Positions 19,730 through 30,000 of a DNA stretch of 49,479 nucleotides are shown here, one piece after another (the first letter of the stretch is position 1; the number at the start of each line of letters is the position of its first letter). The notes under the pieces are model-generated. The model was not told where the DNA came from, made no database searches, and saw only the letters and a list, made by a program, of their open reading frames with translations. Both the position numbers and the translations under genes were made by a program. Source of the DNA: Ruminococcus sp. Its GTDB lineage: Bacteria > Bacillota > Clostridia > Oscillospirales > Acutalibacteraceae. The stretch spans positions 1 through 49,479 of the forward strand of contig JAFUUV010000002.1 of NCBI GenBank assembly GCA_017471345.1. The letters are read 5' to 3'.

Positions 19730-19852
19730 TTCCGACATGATATTCCAAAACAATCTAAAAACATCGCACAGGATGTGACAGAAACCGCGCCACCCTTATG
19801 GTATGATAATAGCACAGGGACAAGCCCTGATGCTTATAAAGGGTGATGCGGT

Positions 19853-20680
19853 TTGAATTTTTTGGTGAAGAGCGAGAACAGTATCTCGGAAATTCCCATT
19901 ATCAAAATCCGCCCCAACAAAGCGCAGCCACGCAAGCTCTTCAACGAGGATGAGCTGTCGGCGCTGTCGCGGTCGATTGCGGAAAACGGTATACTCCAGC
20001 CGTTGACCGTCCGCAAAATCAGCAGTACGGAATATGAGCTGATAGCCGGTGAACGGCGGCTGCGAGCCGCTGTCATCGCGGGACTGCGCAAGGTGCCGTG
20101 CATTGTGGTGCGCTGCTCGGATGTTGAATCCGCCATCTATGCTCTCCTTGAAAATCTCCAACGAGCCGACCTCGGTATCTTTGAGGAGGCTCGCGGGATT
20201 TCAAGGTTAATCCACCGCTACGGTCTGACACAGGAGCAGGCGGCAACCAAGCTCGGCAAAGGTCAGTCCACCATCGCGAACAAGCTGCGGCTGCTTCGTC
20301 TCAGCGAGGACGAGCAGGAGTGGATTGAAAAGGCGGGACTCAGCGAACGGCACGCACGAGCGCTGCTGCGGCTGGAGGATGAACAGACGCGGCGCGAGGC
20401 GCTGTCGCGCGTGGTCACGGAAAACCTCAACGTCAAGCAGACCGAACACCTTGTAAGCGCACTCCTCCATTCCGCCCCGCCGTCACAACCGTTTCGGGGC
20501 AACAGTAAAGCGGTGATAAAGGACGTCAGAATTTTTCTCAATACGATAACCAAGGCGGTTGACACGATGCGTTTGTCAGGCATTGACGCGGAGTCCCAGA
20601 AAAAAGACACCGGAGATTTTATCGAATACACAATCCGGATTCCGAAGTCAAAGCTGTATCCGCCGGAAAAATCCGCCTGA
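19853..20680 (+). CDS. noc: ParB-family protein in the noc position (nucleoid occlusion/YyaA-like)
   Basis: PNKAQPRK, GILQP, IAGERRLRA, ENLQR, HTH, KDVRIFLNTI C-terminal motif; sits between rsmG and parA. Confidence 0.8.
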   Translation: MNFLVKSENSISEIPIIKIRPNKAQPRKLFNEDELSALSRSIAENGILQPLTVRKISSTEYELIAGERRLRAAVIAGLRKVPCIVVRCSDVESAIYALLENLQRADLGIFEEARGISRLIHRYGLTQEQAATKLGKGQSTIANKLRLLRLSEDEQEWIEKAGLSERHARALLRLEDEQTRREALSRVVTENLNVKQTEHLVSALLHSAPPSQPFRGNSKAVIKDVRIFLNTITKAVDTMRLSGIDAESQKKDTGDFIEYTIRIPKSKLYPPEKSA

Positions 20681-20905
20681 GAAAAGCGTCCACACCCTGA
20701 TTTTGTTTAACACGCAGGACAGGAAGCTTTGATGTACATAAAACACCCCCAATAATCCTTTTCTCTGAAATGAAAGTCTTATCCTGCGTGTTCATTTGCT
20801 TTCCACTTGGATGCTTCGGCATCCGTTCCACTCATACCCATTTCCTTATCTAACCCCTTGCGAGCAGGCGTACCGTTTACGGTGCGCCTGTTTGCGTTTA
20901 AAAAA

Positions 20906-20921
20906 AGTTTCACGTGAAACA
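20906..20921. promoter_or_regulatory. parS site upstream of parA
   Basis: AGTTTCACGTGAAACA, 15/16 match to the consensus. Confidence 0.85.
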
Positions 20922-21021
20922 TTTCCAAAAAGTTTTAAAATACCCTTCAAAATCCTTCCCTGTTGTGGTATAATGGTCTACGGTATTTCAAAAACAGACA
21001 GTAAGGAAGTGTACAGACCTT

Positions 21022-21789
21022 TTGGCAAAGATTATCGCAGTTTCAAACCAGAAAGGCGGCGTCGGAAAAACCACCACGGCAGTCAACCTTGCGGCGTGCT
21101 TAGGCGCGCAGGGAAGGAAGGTGCTTTTGGTGGACGCCGATCCGCAGGGCAACGCTACCAGCGGCGTCGCGATTGACAAAAGCAAAGTCCGCCTGTCAAC
21201 CTACGACCTGTTGGTTTCGGGCGTCAAGGCGGAGGAATGTGTCCTCACCACGCCGTATCAGAACCTTCACCTCTTGCCGTCAAGCATCAATCTTGCGGCG
21301 GCGGAGCTGGAAATCGTCGAAAAGCCGCGGCGTGAGGCACTGCTCAAAAACGCGATTCTGCCGATTAAGCAGTATTACGACTACATCATCATTGATTGTC
21401 CGCCGTCGCTCGGACTGATTACCGCCAACGCCCTCACGGTTGCGGACACCTTTATTGTGCCGATTCAGTGCGAGTACTACGCGCTCGAGGGCTTGTCCCA
21501 GCTGATGAGCACGGTGCGCCGTATCAAACGGCAGTACAACCGCTCCATCGAGCTGGAGGGCGTATTGCTGACCATGTACGACGGAAGACTCAACCTCACC
21601 CAGCAGGTGGTGGAGGAGGTCAAGCGGTTCTTCCCCGGCAAGGTGTTCGGCACCGTCATTTCACGCGGCGTCCGCCTGAGCGAAGCGCCCAGCTTCGGAA
21701 TGCCGGTCATCTACTACGACAAAAGCTGCAAGGGCAGCCACGCGTATATGGAGTTAGCGGCGGAAATTATCGCAAAGGAGAAACGCTGA
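21022..21789 (+). CDS. parA: Chromosome partitioning ATPase ParA/Soj
   Basis: [42 protein letters not shown]. Confidence 0.96.
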   Translation: MAKIIAVSNQKGGVGKTTTAVNLAACLGAQGRKVLLVDADPQGNATSGVAIDKSKVRLSTYDLLVSGVKAEECVLTTPYQNLHLLPSSINLAAAELEIVEKPRREALLKNAILPIKQYYDYIIIDCPPSLGLITANALTVADTFIVPIQCEYYALEGLSQLMSTVRRIKRQYNRSIELEGVLLTMYDGRLNLTQQVVEEVKRFFPGKVFGTVISRGVRLSEAPSFGMPVIYYDKSCKGSHAYMELAAEIIAKEKR

Positions 21790-22652
21790 TGGCAAAAAAA
21801 CTCGGCGGCTTGGGCAAGGGCCTGAACGCCATTTTTATTGAAAACGACAGCGAAAAGGGCGACGGCGCCGTCACCCTGAATATCGCTGAAATCGAGCCGA
21901 ACCGCTCGCAGCCGCGCCGCAGCTTTGACGAGCAGTCCATCGCGGAGTTGGCGGAAAGCATTTCGGCACACGGCGTTCTGCAGCCGCTGCTGGTCAGACC
22001 GCTGCCGCTCGGCGGCTATGAAATCGTCGCCGGTGAGCGCCGCTACCGCGCGTGCCGCATGGCAGGCGTCACAGAGGTGCCGGTGATTATCCGCGAGCTG
22101 ACCGAATCCGAAACCATGGAGCTGGCGCTGATTGAAAACCTGCAGCGCGAGGATTTGACGCCGCTCGAGGAGGCGGAGGGCTACAGTGTGCTGATGAATG
22201 AGCACGGTTTCACGCAGGAAGCCGTCGCGCAGTCGATGGGCAAGTCCCGACCGGCGGTAGCCAACGCGCTGCGCCTGCTGCGCCTGCCCGAAAGCATCCG
22301 TGAGCTGCTGCGTGACGAGAAAATATCCGCCGGCCACGCGCGCGCTTTGCTGACGCTCGAAAGCGAGGAACAGATGCAGGCGGTCGCGGACGAAATCATC
22401 AAAAAGGATTTGTCCGTCCGCCAGACAGAGGCGCTGTGCAAAAAGCCCGTGAAAATCAAAACCGAGGAACCGCCCGTGCGGCAGCCGTCGTTTTACAAGA
22501 TGGTGGAGTTGGCACTGGGGGAGAGCCTCGGCAGAAAAATTACCGTCTCCAAAAACAAGAAAAAGGAAGGCGGCGTACTGCAAATCGAATTCTATTCCGA
22601 TGAGGAGTTACAGGAGTTATCAAATTTACTGAGCAAGGAGAACCAAGCATGA
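21789..22652 (+). CDS. parB: Chromosome partitioning protein ParB/Spo0J
   Basis: [30 protein letters not shown]; TGATG overlap with parA. Confidence 0.96.
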   Translation: MAKKLGGLGKGLNAIFIENDSEKGDGAVTLNIAEIEPNRSQPRRSFDEQSIAELAESISAHGVLQPLLVRPLPLGGYEIVAGERRYRACRMAGVTEVPVIIRELTESETMELALIENLQREDLTPLEEAEGYSVLMNEHGFTQEAVAQSMGKSRPAVANALRLLRLPESIRELLRDEKISAGHARALLTLESEEQMQAVADEIIKKDLSVRQTEALCKKPVKIKTEEPPVRQPSFYKMVELALGESLGRKITVSKNKKKEGGVLQIEFYSDEELQELSNLLSKENQA

Positions 22653-23926
22653 TTGATATTAAGTTTTTACGTGAAAATCCCGACGCGGTCAGAGAGAACA
22701 TCAAAAAGAAATTTCAGGACAGCAAGCTGCCGCTTGTTGACGAGGTCATCAAGCTTGACGCGGAGAGCCGTGCCGCCAAGCAGAAGGCGGACTCCCTGCG
22801 CTCCAACCGCAACAAGCTTTCCAAGCAAATCGGTATGCTGATGGGACAGGGCAAAAAGGAAGAGGCCGCCGCGCTCAAGGCGGAGGTCGGCAAGCAGGCG
22901 GAGGAGTTAGCGGCGCTGGAAGCGCAGGAAACCGAGCTTTCCGCCAAGGTCACCGAAATCATGATGAAGATTCCGCAAATCATCGCGCCGACCGTCCCGA
23001 TTGGCAAGGACGACAGCGAAAACGTGGAGGTAGAGCGTTTCGGCGAGCCGGTTGTGCCCGATTTTGAAGTGCCCTATCACGCGGAAATTATGGAACGTCT
23101 CAACGGTCTTGACCTCGACGCCGCGCGCAAGGTTGCCGGCAACGGTTTCTATTATTTAATGGGCGACATCGCGCGTCTGCACAGCGCGGTCATTTCTTAC
23201 GCGCGTGATTTCATGATTGACCGCGGCTTCACCTACTGCGTGCCGCCGTTCATGATTCGCTCCGAGGTCGTCACCGGTGTCATGAGCTTCGCCGAAATGG
23301 ATTCCATGATGTACAAAATCGAGGGAGAGGACCTTTATCTCATCGGCACCAGCGAGCACTCCATGATTGGTAAGTTCATCAATACCATCAACAAGGAGGA
23401 GGCGCTGCCCTACACCCTCACCAGCTACTCTCCCTGCTTCCGCAAGGAAAAGGGTGCTCACGGCATCGAGGAACGCGGCGTTTACCGCATCCACCAGTTT
23501 GAAAAGCAGGAAATGATTGTTGTCTGCAAGCCCGAGGAAAGCGAGATGTGGTTCGACAAGCTCTGGCAGAACACCGTCGATTTGTTCCGTTCCATGGACA
23601 TTCCTGTCCGCACACTCGAGTGCTGCTCCGGCGACCTCGCGGATTTGAAGGTGCGTTCGCTCGACGTCGAGGCATGGTCTCCGCGTCAGCAGAAATACTT
23701 CGAGGTCGGCTCCTGCTCCAACCTCGGCGACGCGCAGGCACGCCGTCTGAAAATCCGCGTCAGCGGCAAGGGCGGCAAGTACTTTGCCCACACCCTCAAC
23801 AACACCGTCGTGGCGCCGCCGCGTATGCTGATTGCTTTCCTCGAAAACAACCTGAATGCGGACGGCACTGTCCGTATTCCCGAAGCGCTCCGTCCGTACA
23901 TGGGCGGCAAGGAAGTCATTGGATAA
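22649..23926 (+). CDS. serS: Serine--tRNA ligase
   Basis: MIDIKFLRENPD, coiled-coil arm, LIGTSE, CFRKE, HQFEKQE, HTLN. Confidence 0.96.
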   Translation: MIDIKFLRENPDAVRENIKKKFQDSKLPLVDEVIKLDAESRAAKQKADSLRSNRNKLSKQIGMLMGQGKKEEAAALKAEVGKQAEELAALEAQETELSAKVTEIMMKIPQIIAPTVPIGKDDSENVEVERFGEPVVPDFEVPYHAEIMERLNGLDLDAARKVAGNGFYYLMGDIARLHSAVISYARDFMIDRGFTYCVPPFMIRSEVVTGVMSFAEMDSMMYKIEGEDLYLIGTSEHSMIGKFINTINKEEALPYTLTSYSPCFRKEKGAHGIEERGVYRIHQFEKQEMIVVCKPEESEMWFDKLWQNTVDLFRSMDIPVRTLECCSGDLADLKVRSLDVEAWSPRQQKYFEVGSCSNLGDAQARRLKIRVSGKGGKYFAHTLNNTVVAPPRMLIAFLENNLNADGTVRIPEALRPYMGGKEVIG

Positions 23927-23936
23927 GGAGGTCATT

Positions 23937-24359
23937 ATGAATTGTCAAAACTGCGGTGCGACACTCAGCGGCACCGAAAGAGTCTGCCCCTACTGCGGTG
24001 CCGCTACCGGCGTCTCGCAGCCGAATACCAACTACGGCGATAACTACAACCGTCAGCAGCAGACACAGCACGTGTATCATCACCACAACGGCAGCGTGCA
24101 GCAGAGCAACTACGGCTACCACCCCGAGGAGCACGTCAGCACCGGCGGCTGGATTGGACGCTCCATTTTGCTGGCAATCCCGATTCTGAACGTTATCCTC
24201 CTGCTCGTCTGGGGTTTTGGAGGCAGCTCCAAGCGTTCGCTGGTCACCTACGCGAGAGCGCAGCTGATTCTCACTCTCATCGGTATCCTGATTGCGGTCA
24301 TCGTCGCCGCCATCGCCGCCGCGTCCGGCTGGAACTTCGCCGCCATGTTCAACAGATAA
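23937..24359 (+). CDS. Zinc-ribbon membrane protein
   Basis: CQNCG...CPYCG, Q/H/Y-rich linker, two hydrophobic segments; AAGGAGG RBS. Confidence 0.8.
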   Translation: MNCQNCGATLSGTERVCPYCGAATGVSQPNTNYGDNYNRQQQTQHVYHHHNGSVQQSNYGYHPEEHVSTGGWIGRSILLAIPILNVILLLVWGFGGSSKRSLVTYARAQLILTLIGILIAVIVAAIAAASGWNFAAMFNR

Positions 24360-24370
24360 ATACCAACCAA

Positions 24371-24403
24371 GCCCTGTCCTGAGCGGACAGGGCATTATTT
24401 TTT
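24371..24403 (+). terminator. Rho-independent terminator
   Basis: gccctgtcc-tgagc-ggacagggc followed by attatttttt. Confidence 0.8.
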
Positions 24404-24416
24404 GACAAATCATATA

Positions 24417-24625
24417 ATACTATTCTCAAATAAAATCCTTTAGCATCTGTCGTGTAAAATTCCGCATAACTGCGTTGTCGTCCTCGGAATCCGTCTCCGT
24501 TGTATGGGTGCGGTGCCCAAAATCAAAGATTTTGACCGCACCTCAAGGATTCCTGCGTCCTCCGCCTTGTTCTGCGGAATTTTCCATCGACATCTGTTTT
24601 AAAGTCTTTTATCAGAGAATAGTAT
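24417..24625. mobile_element. MITE-like ~209-bp imperfect palindromic element
   Basis: Perfect 11-bp terminal inverted repeats atactattctc/gagaatagtat, extending imperfectly inwards (aaaattccgca/tgcggaatttt, ggaatcc/ggattcc, ggtgcggt/accgcacc); no credible ORF. Confidence 0.6.
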
Positions 24626-24632
24626 AAAACAA

Positions 24633-24661
24633 TTGACAATAATCTGCGGTTACTGTATAAT
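24633..24661 (+). promoter_or_regulatory. Consensus sigma-A promoter of the vWA-tubulin operon
   Basis: TTGACA-17 bp-TATAAT. Confidence 0.8.
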
Positions 24662-24734
24662 GATGATGTATTTTTAGTCAAAATGTATGAAACTGTCGCA
24701 AGGACAGAAATCATTTTGACAAAAGGAGCGTTTC

Positions 24735-26978
24735 GTGTTGAAAAGCATCAAAATCACAATCGCCGTCGTTCTGTGCCTGTGCCTGTGTCTGCTGCCGGCA
24801 TTGGCGGGAACGGCGTTTTTAGCCGCCGAGAACGCGCAGTCAGCGAAAAAAGTAATCTCGGTTGTGTTTGACGACTCCGGCAGCATGACCGATGACGGCG
24901 TGGACAGAATGGGCTACGCCAACTACGCGATGCAAAGTCTGGTGGCGCTGCTCAATCCGCAGGACGAGCTCTACCTGACCTATATGAGTGACGAAAACAC
25001 CGCCCGTTCCGTCAATCTCGGCGACGTCGAGGGCGAGGTTGCCGCCGTGCGGAGCTGGAGCGGTCAGGGCGGTACGCCCTACAATTCCGTCAGCACCGCC
25101 GTGCAGGCGATTCAGGGGGTGGACGGCGACGCCGCCACACAGTATTGGCTGATGGTGTTCACCGACGGTCAGATGGAGGGCGTCACCGACGAAAACCCCA
25201 CCATGCACTGGATGGAAAAGCCGGAAATGCAAAAGGAGTTTGACAAGCTCAAGCAGACCGACATGGCAAACGGCACCAAGCTGAACGTCGCGTATATCGC
25301 GCTCGGCAAGGTGGAGAAGGACAGCGACGGAAACGACACGGTGTATGTGCTCAACGGCGACACCGCAAACGGTCTGTACACCTTCCACGCCGAGGACGGT
25401 GTTTCCATCCGCGATACGCTCAATCAGGTTGCCGGACTGATTTCCGGCAGAATGGACGCGGAAAACGTCAGCCAAAAGAGCGGCAACACCGTTTCCTTCT
25501 CTTCCAAGCTGCCGATGTATTCCGTTTCGGTGCTGTCGCATAATACGGACGCGACGGTCACTGCCGCTAAGGGCAGCGAGGCTGACCTCCTCGTCGAAAA
25601 GCAAATCAAGCTGGACACCACCGACTCGCCGCGCGTGACCACCAAGCTCATCGGCAACGCCGCCACGCTGCGCAACGCCGATTCCGGCGTTATCACCAAG
25701 GCGATTCCCAAGGGCGACTATGAGGTGACCTTTTCCAAGGACGTTAACATCAGCGATGTGCTGATTCAGTACGAGCCGGCAATCGGCATGAAAATGACCG
25801 TCGCCAAGGAAGGCGTGGTCGTCAAGGATACCGGCACCCTGCAAATCGGCGACAAGGTGGATATCGAAATCACCCCCGTCGTTGCCGGCACCAACGAGGA
25901 AATCCCTGAAAGCAATCTTCCCTCCGGCACGGAATGGAAGGTGGAATACAGGGTTGACGACGTCACCAAAAAAGAGGAGTCCGGAAAAAAGCTCTCCGGC
26001 GTCGAGCTGCTCGAGGGCGACAACAAGGTTGTCGGCACCATGAGTATGCCGGGCTTTGCGCCGCTGGTGGTGGAGATGGACTTCAACATCAACGTCCGTG
26101 TGTACGACCTCGGCATCGAGGTCATCCAGCCCGACGACCTCACCTATGAGCGCGGCAAGCTCGGCGAAATCGACGAGAACAACGCGATTGTCTTTCGCCT
26201 GACAGACGGCGGCAAGCCGCTGAGCAAGGAGGAGCTCGAGGCAGGCGGCATTTCTCTCACTGTTGACGATATCACAGTGGACGACAGCACCGCCGGCGCG
26301 GCAGGCTTCCTCGCGTTTCAGAACGCCAAAATGACGCTGCGGCAGAACGACGACGGCACCTTTACGCTGGTGCCCTCCATGCCGGTGCCGCTGATGCCCT
26401 ACATCATCAAGGGCGGCGACTACACCGTCACGGTCAAAACTACCGGCAACGACGATCCCGCCACCGCCACCGGCACGCTGCGTGTGGTGCCGTCTTTGGC
26501 GGACTGGCTGTTCCTGTTCCTGCTGCTGTTAGCGCTTGCGCTGATTGTCTATCTGATTTTCATTTTCTTTATTAAGTATAAATTCGACGGCAGACTGGTG
26601 CACTACGATGTTTACAAGCTCAAGGTGGACGGCAGCGGCACACTGATGCGCGCCTCGTCCTCGTCGATTGAGCTCAAACGCTTCGGCTGTCACCTCTTCG
26701 CGCCGACACGCGCCTGCTATGTCGTCTACAAGGGACTCAAAATCAAGGCGGGTCCCGACGGTACGGCGTACATCACCGGCAAATCCATTGCCGAAAAAAC
26801 CTACAGCTACCGCCAGAGCAAGGCGAATCCCGAACGAAACCTGAACGCGCTGATAAAACAGCTGCGCAGAACCAGAGATAAAAACGGCGAGTTTATCGCG
26901 TCCGATACCGAGCTGTCCAACACGCCGGTTTACTTCCGTTCCTCGGAAAACGACAAGATGATCTGGTCACTGAAATAA
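24735..26978 (+). CDS. Single-pass membrane protein with extracellular vWA (MIDAS) and Ig-like beta domains
   Basis: Signal peptide, VVFDDSGSM (DxSxS), GGT, FTDG; TM near aa 590-615; ~130-aa basic cytoplasmic tail. Confidence 0.85.
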   Translation: MLKSIKITIAVVLCLCLCLLPALAGTAFLAAENAQSAKKVISVVFDDSGSMTDDGVDRMGYANYAMQSLVALLNPQDELYLTYMSDENTARSVNLGDVEGEVAAVRSWSGQGGTPYNSVSTAVQAIQGVDGDAATQYWLMVFTDGQMEGVTDENPTMHWMEKPEMQKEFDKLKQTDMANGTKLNVAYIALGKVEKDSDGNDTVYVLNGDTANGLYTFHAEDGVSIRDTLNQVAGLISGRMDAENVSQKSGNTVSFSSKLPMYSVSVLSHNTDATVTAAKGSEADLLVEKQIKLDTTDSPRVTTKLIGNAATLRNADSGVITKAIPKGDYEVTFSKDVNISDVLIQYEPAIGMKMTVAKEGVVVKDTGTLQIGDKVDIEITPVVAGTNEEIPESNLPSGTEWKVEYRVDDVTKKEESGKKLSGVELLEGDNKVVGTMSMPGFAPLVVEMDFNINVRVYDLGIEVIQPDDLTYERGKLGEIDENNAIVFRLTDGGKPLSKEELEAGGISLTVDDITVDDSTAGAAGFLAFQNAKMTLRQNDDGTFTLVPSMPVPLMPYIIKGGDYTVTVKTTGNDDPATATGTLRVVPSLADWLFLFLLLLALALIVYLIFIFFIKYKFDGRLVHYDVYKLKVDGSGTLMRASSSSIELKRFGCHLFAPTRACYVVYKGLKIKAGPDGTAYITGKSIAEKTYSYRQSKANPERNLNALIKQLRRTRDKNGEFIASDTELSNTPVYFRSSENDKMIWSLK

Positions 26979-27000
26979 CGTATAGAAACAGAAAGGAAGC

Positions 27001-30000
27001 ATGACAATGTCAATGAATAAAGTACCCTCGCTGATTATCGGCATCGGCGGCATCGGCTGCCGCATCGCTGCCGGCATCAGTGATTTGCTCAGCGAAGAGG
27101 ACAGAGAATATGTCGGCGTCATCGGCATGGACACCAATATCAACGACCTCAAAACCATCGAATCACACAAGGTCAAGACCATCCAGACCAGCGACGACCG
27201 CAAGGTCATCGACTATCTCAATCTCAATCCGCAGTATCTTTCGTGGTTTCCTGCCAACAAGTTCACCGTTGGCAGAGGTATGCTCAACGGCGCCGGACAG
27301 ATTCGTTCCATCTCCCGTCTCGCCGCGATTGCCGCCGAGGAAAGCGGCCGCTTTACGCCGATTCGCGAGGAAATCAAGCGCATCCGCAAGCAAAAGGGAG
27401 AGGCGACCAACGGCAACCTCACTGTCATGATTGTCGGCTCCATCACCGGCGGTACCGGCGCGGGACTGTTCATCCAGCTTCCTTATTATATCCGTCAGAT
27501 TATGAAAAACACCGTCGGTCTGGAATCTATCATTATCCGCGGAATGTTCCTCGGACCGGACATCACCGCCGACGTGCAGCCCTCCAAGATTAACCGCAAC
27601 GCCGTCCGCGTCAACGGCTATGCCTGCCTCAAGGAGCTCAACGCGCTCTACATGACGCAGTACAGCGACAACAACAACCTCGATTTCGAGTATTACGAGC
27701 ACCGCAATCTCAAGGAGGAGCGCGACAACGAGGCGCAGATTAAGGGCAGACTCAACCAAGCCCTCAGCGACGCCTTTTATCCCGAGGACAGCTTCAACCT
27801 CGACATCACTCCCGAAGACACCGGCGTCATTGCGCAGAAGTCCCCGAACATCCCCTACGACTATCTGTATCTGATTGAGGGCACCACCCTCAGCGGCGAC
27901 GTCGGCAACGCCTCCATCGGCACCATCGAAAATCAGGTGTCGCGCATGGTCTTTACGCTGCTCTTTACCCCTGTCGTCGAAAACGCCCTCTCCGTCGAGG
28001 ACAACATGGTGCTGCAGGACATGGAAACCGGCGGCATGAACCGCTACTCAAGCGCCGGTATGTGCCGTCTGGTCTATCCCAACGCGCTTGCCAAGGATTA
28101 TGTCACCATGGCGCTCACGCGCGATTTGGTCAAGGACGAATGGCTGCTGATTGAAACCAGCTATCAGGAGGAGGTCAAGGACGCCAAGGACCGCCAGAAA
28201 ACCGACTCCCGCGTCGAAATTCCGCGTTTGCCGCGCAGCTACCGCGACATCTTTACCGCCAAGGTCAAGGACGGCACCTTCGGCAAGTTCTTCAAGGAAG
28301 CCTTCATCGAGGGCGAAAACGGTGTGCAGATTCCGCGCTCGCAAAAGTTCCTGCGCGTCATCTCCGACATGGTGGACGAGGTGCTCGAAAGCGACGAGGT
28401 GCAGGACGCCAAGGCTCCCTGCGAGGTCACGGACGAGAAGTTCCGCAAATTTGAGGACGCGACGAGCGAGGTGTTCCGTGTGGACGCCGCCGTCAGCGAG
28501 TATATGACCTTCGCCAAGAACATCATCAAGACCAAGGAGGGACAGATTGCCAACGAGCTGTTTCCGGTCAGCACCACCAGCCTTGCGTTCCGCAAAAACA
28601 ACGATAACTGCATTTACAACTGGCTGTACAACGTGCATCCGATTACCGCGCGTTTTTTGATTTATGATTTAATCGTCACCCTCGAGGAGCAAATCGAGGA
28701 GCTCGATTCCGAGTTTTTGGGCATCAACCTCAACGACTACCTCGATGAGGACTACGACCCCAAGGAGGAGGGCGTTCAGTCCGCCGACGCTGCCATCCGC
28801 AAAATTCAGGAGAGCAAAATGCCCTTTTTCGGCAACTTCAAGGATGACGCCAAGCGTTTGCACCGCGTCAAAATCAAGTACAAGAGCGTCATGGAAGGTC
28901 AGGTTGACCTGATTGACGACTATATCCGCGTCGGACTGCTCCTTTCCATCAGCCGCACCATGCTCAAGCGGCTGGATATGCTGGCGGAAAACTACCGCGT
29001 TTTCTTCCAGAGCATCAAGGACACCATTGAAGCCAACAACGAGCGCATCGAGCAGCTGGAGCACCTCGAAATGCCCCTCGGTCAGATCGGCGTTTACTGC
29101 TCCAAGGAGGCGTTCCGCAAAATGGCGGAGGAATACCGCCTCAACGGCGTCAACGACCTGCCCGACGAAACCAAAAAGGCGATTTTTGAGGAGCTGTTCC
29201 GCGTGTTCGCCAACGACTACAGCAACCGCACCGGCTCTCTTACCGAGCGTCAGAAGGAGCTTTACGCCATCGAGCGCAAAAAGGTGCTCGCGTCTGTCTT
29301 TCAGAAGGCGGTCATCGACACCATCCGCACCGATGTTTCCAAGAACGACGCCGGCATTGTCGATTTGAACATCCGTCAGGCGCTGCTCAAGGAGATGGAG
29401 CTGAAAAACAACATCTTCAAGGATTTTGCCGACGATTACGACAAGCTTGCCGACGAATATATCCGCGAGAAAATCCAGAGCGCTCTGTACGCCGCCGCGC
29501 CGATGTTGGCGGTGGACAGCTCTACCATGGCGGACAACACCGAGACCGTCTACCTTGCGGTCAATCCCGACTTTGCCGTGCTGTCCGAGGGCAAGCCCAA
29601 CGCCTCCGCCACTGCCGACCTGTATGTGCCGCAGGCGAACGAGGCGACCGATTACATCCGTCCCACCGTGTTAGTGGACGAGGAGTTCTCTCCCTATGAA
29701 ATCATCTGCTTCAAGGCGCGCTATAAGTTCTCCATCGAGGATTTAATCAAGTACCGCAACGGCACCGAAAACGAGCGCGCTTACGCCGAACGCATCCGTT
29801 CGCTCGACCGCGAGCCTGCCGGCGTCAACGATCCCAATGCCGGTATGACCGTTGTCAATCCGCATATCTGCAAGTACTGGCACGAAGAGGGCTTTTTGCC
29901 TGCCATTTCCTCCGCCGACAGAAGAAGAGCGCACACCGACCTGCTCAAAGCCTTTGTCTATTCGATGGGCTACGACCTCTTTGTCCGCGAAATGGACGAG

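Noticed and set aside
20619-20831. 70-aa minus-strand ORF or tiny MYIKASCPAC peptide between noc and parA
   Set aside because: No recognisable family and no supporting promoter; the 70-aa ORF also overlaps the noc 3' end
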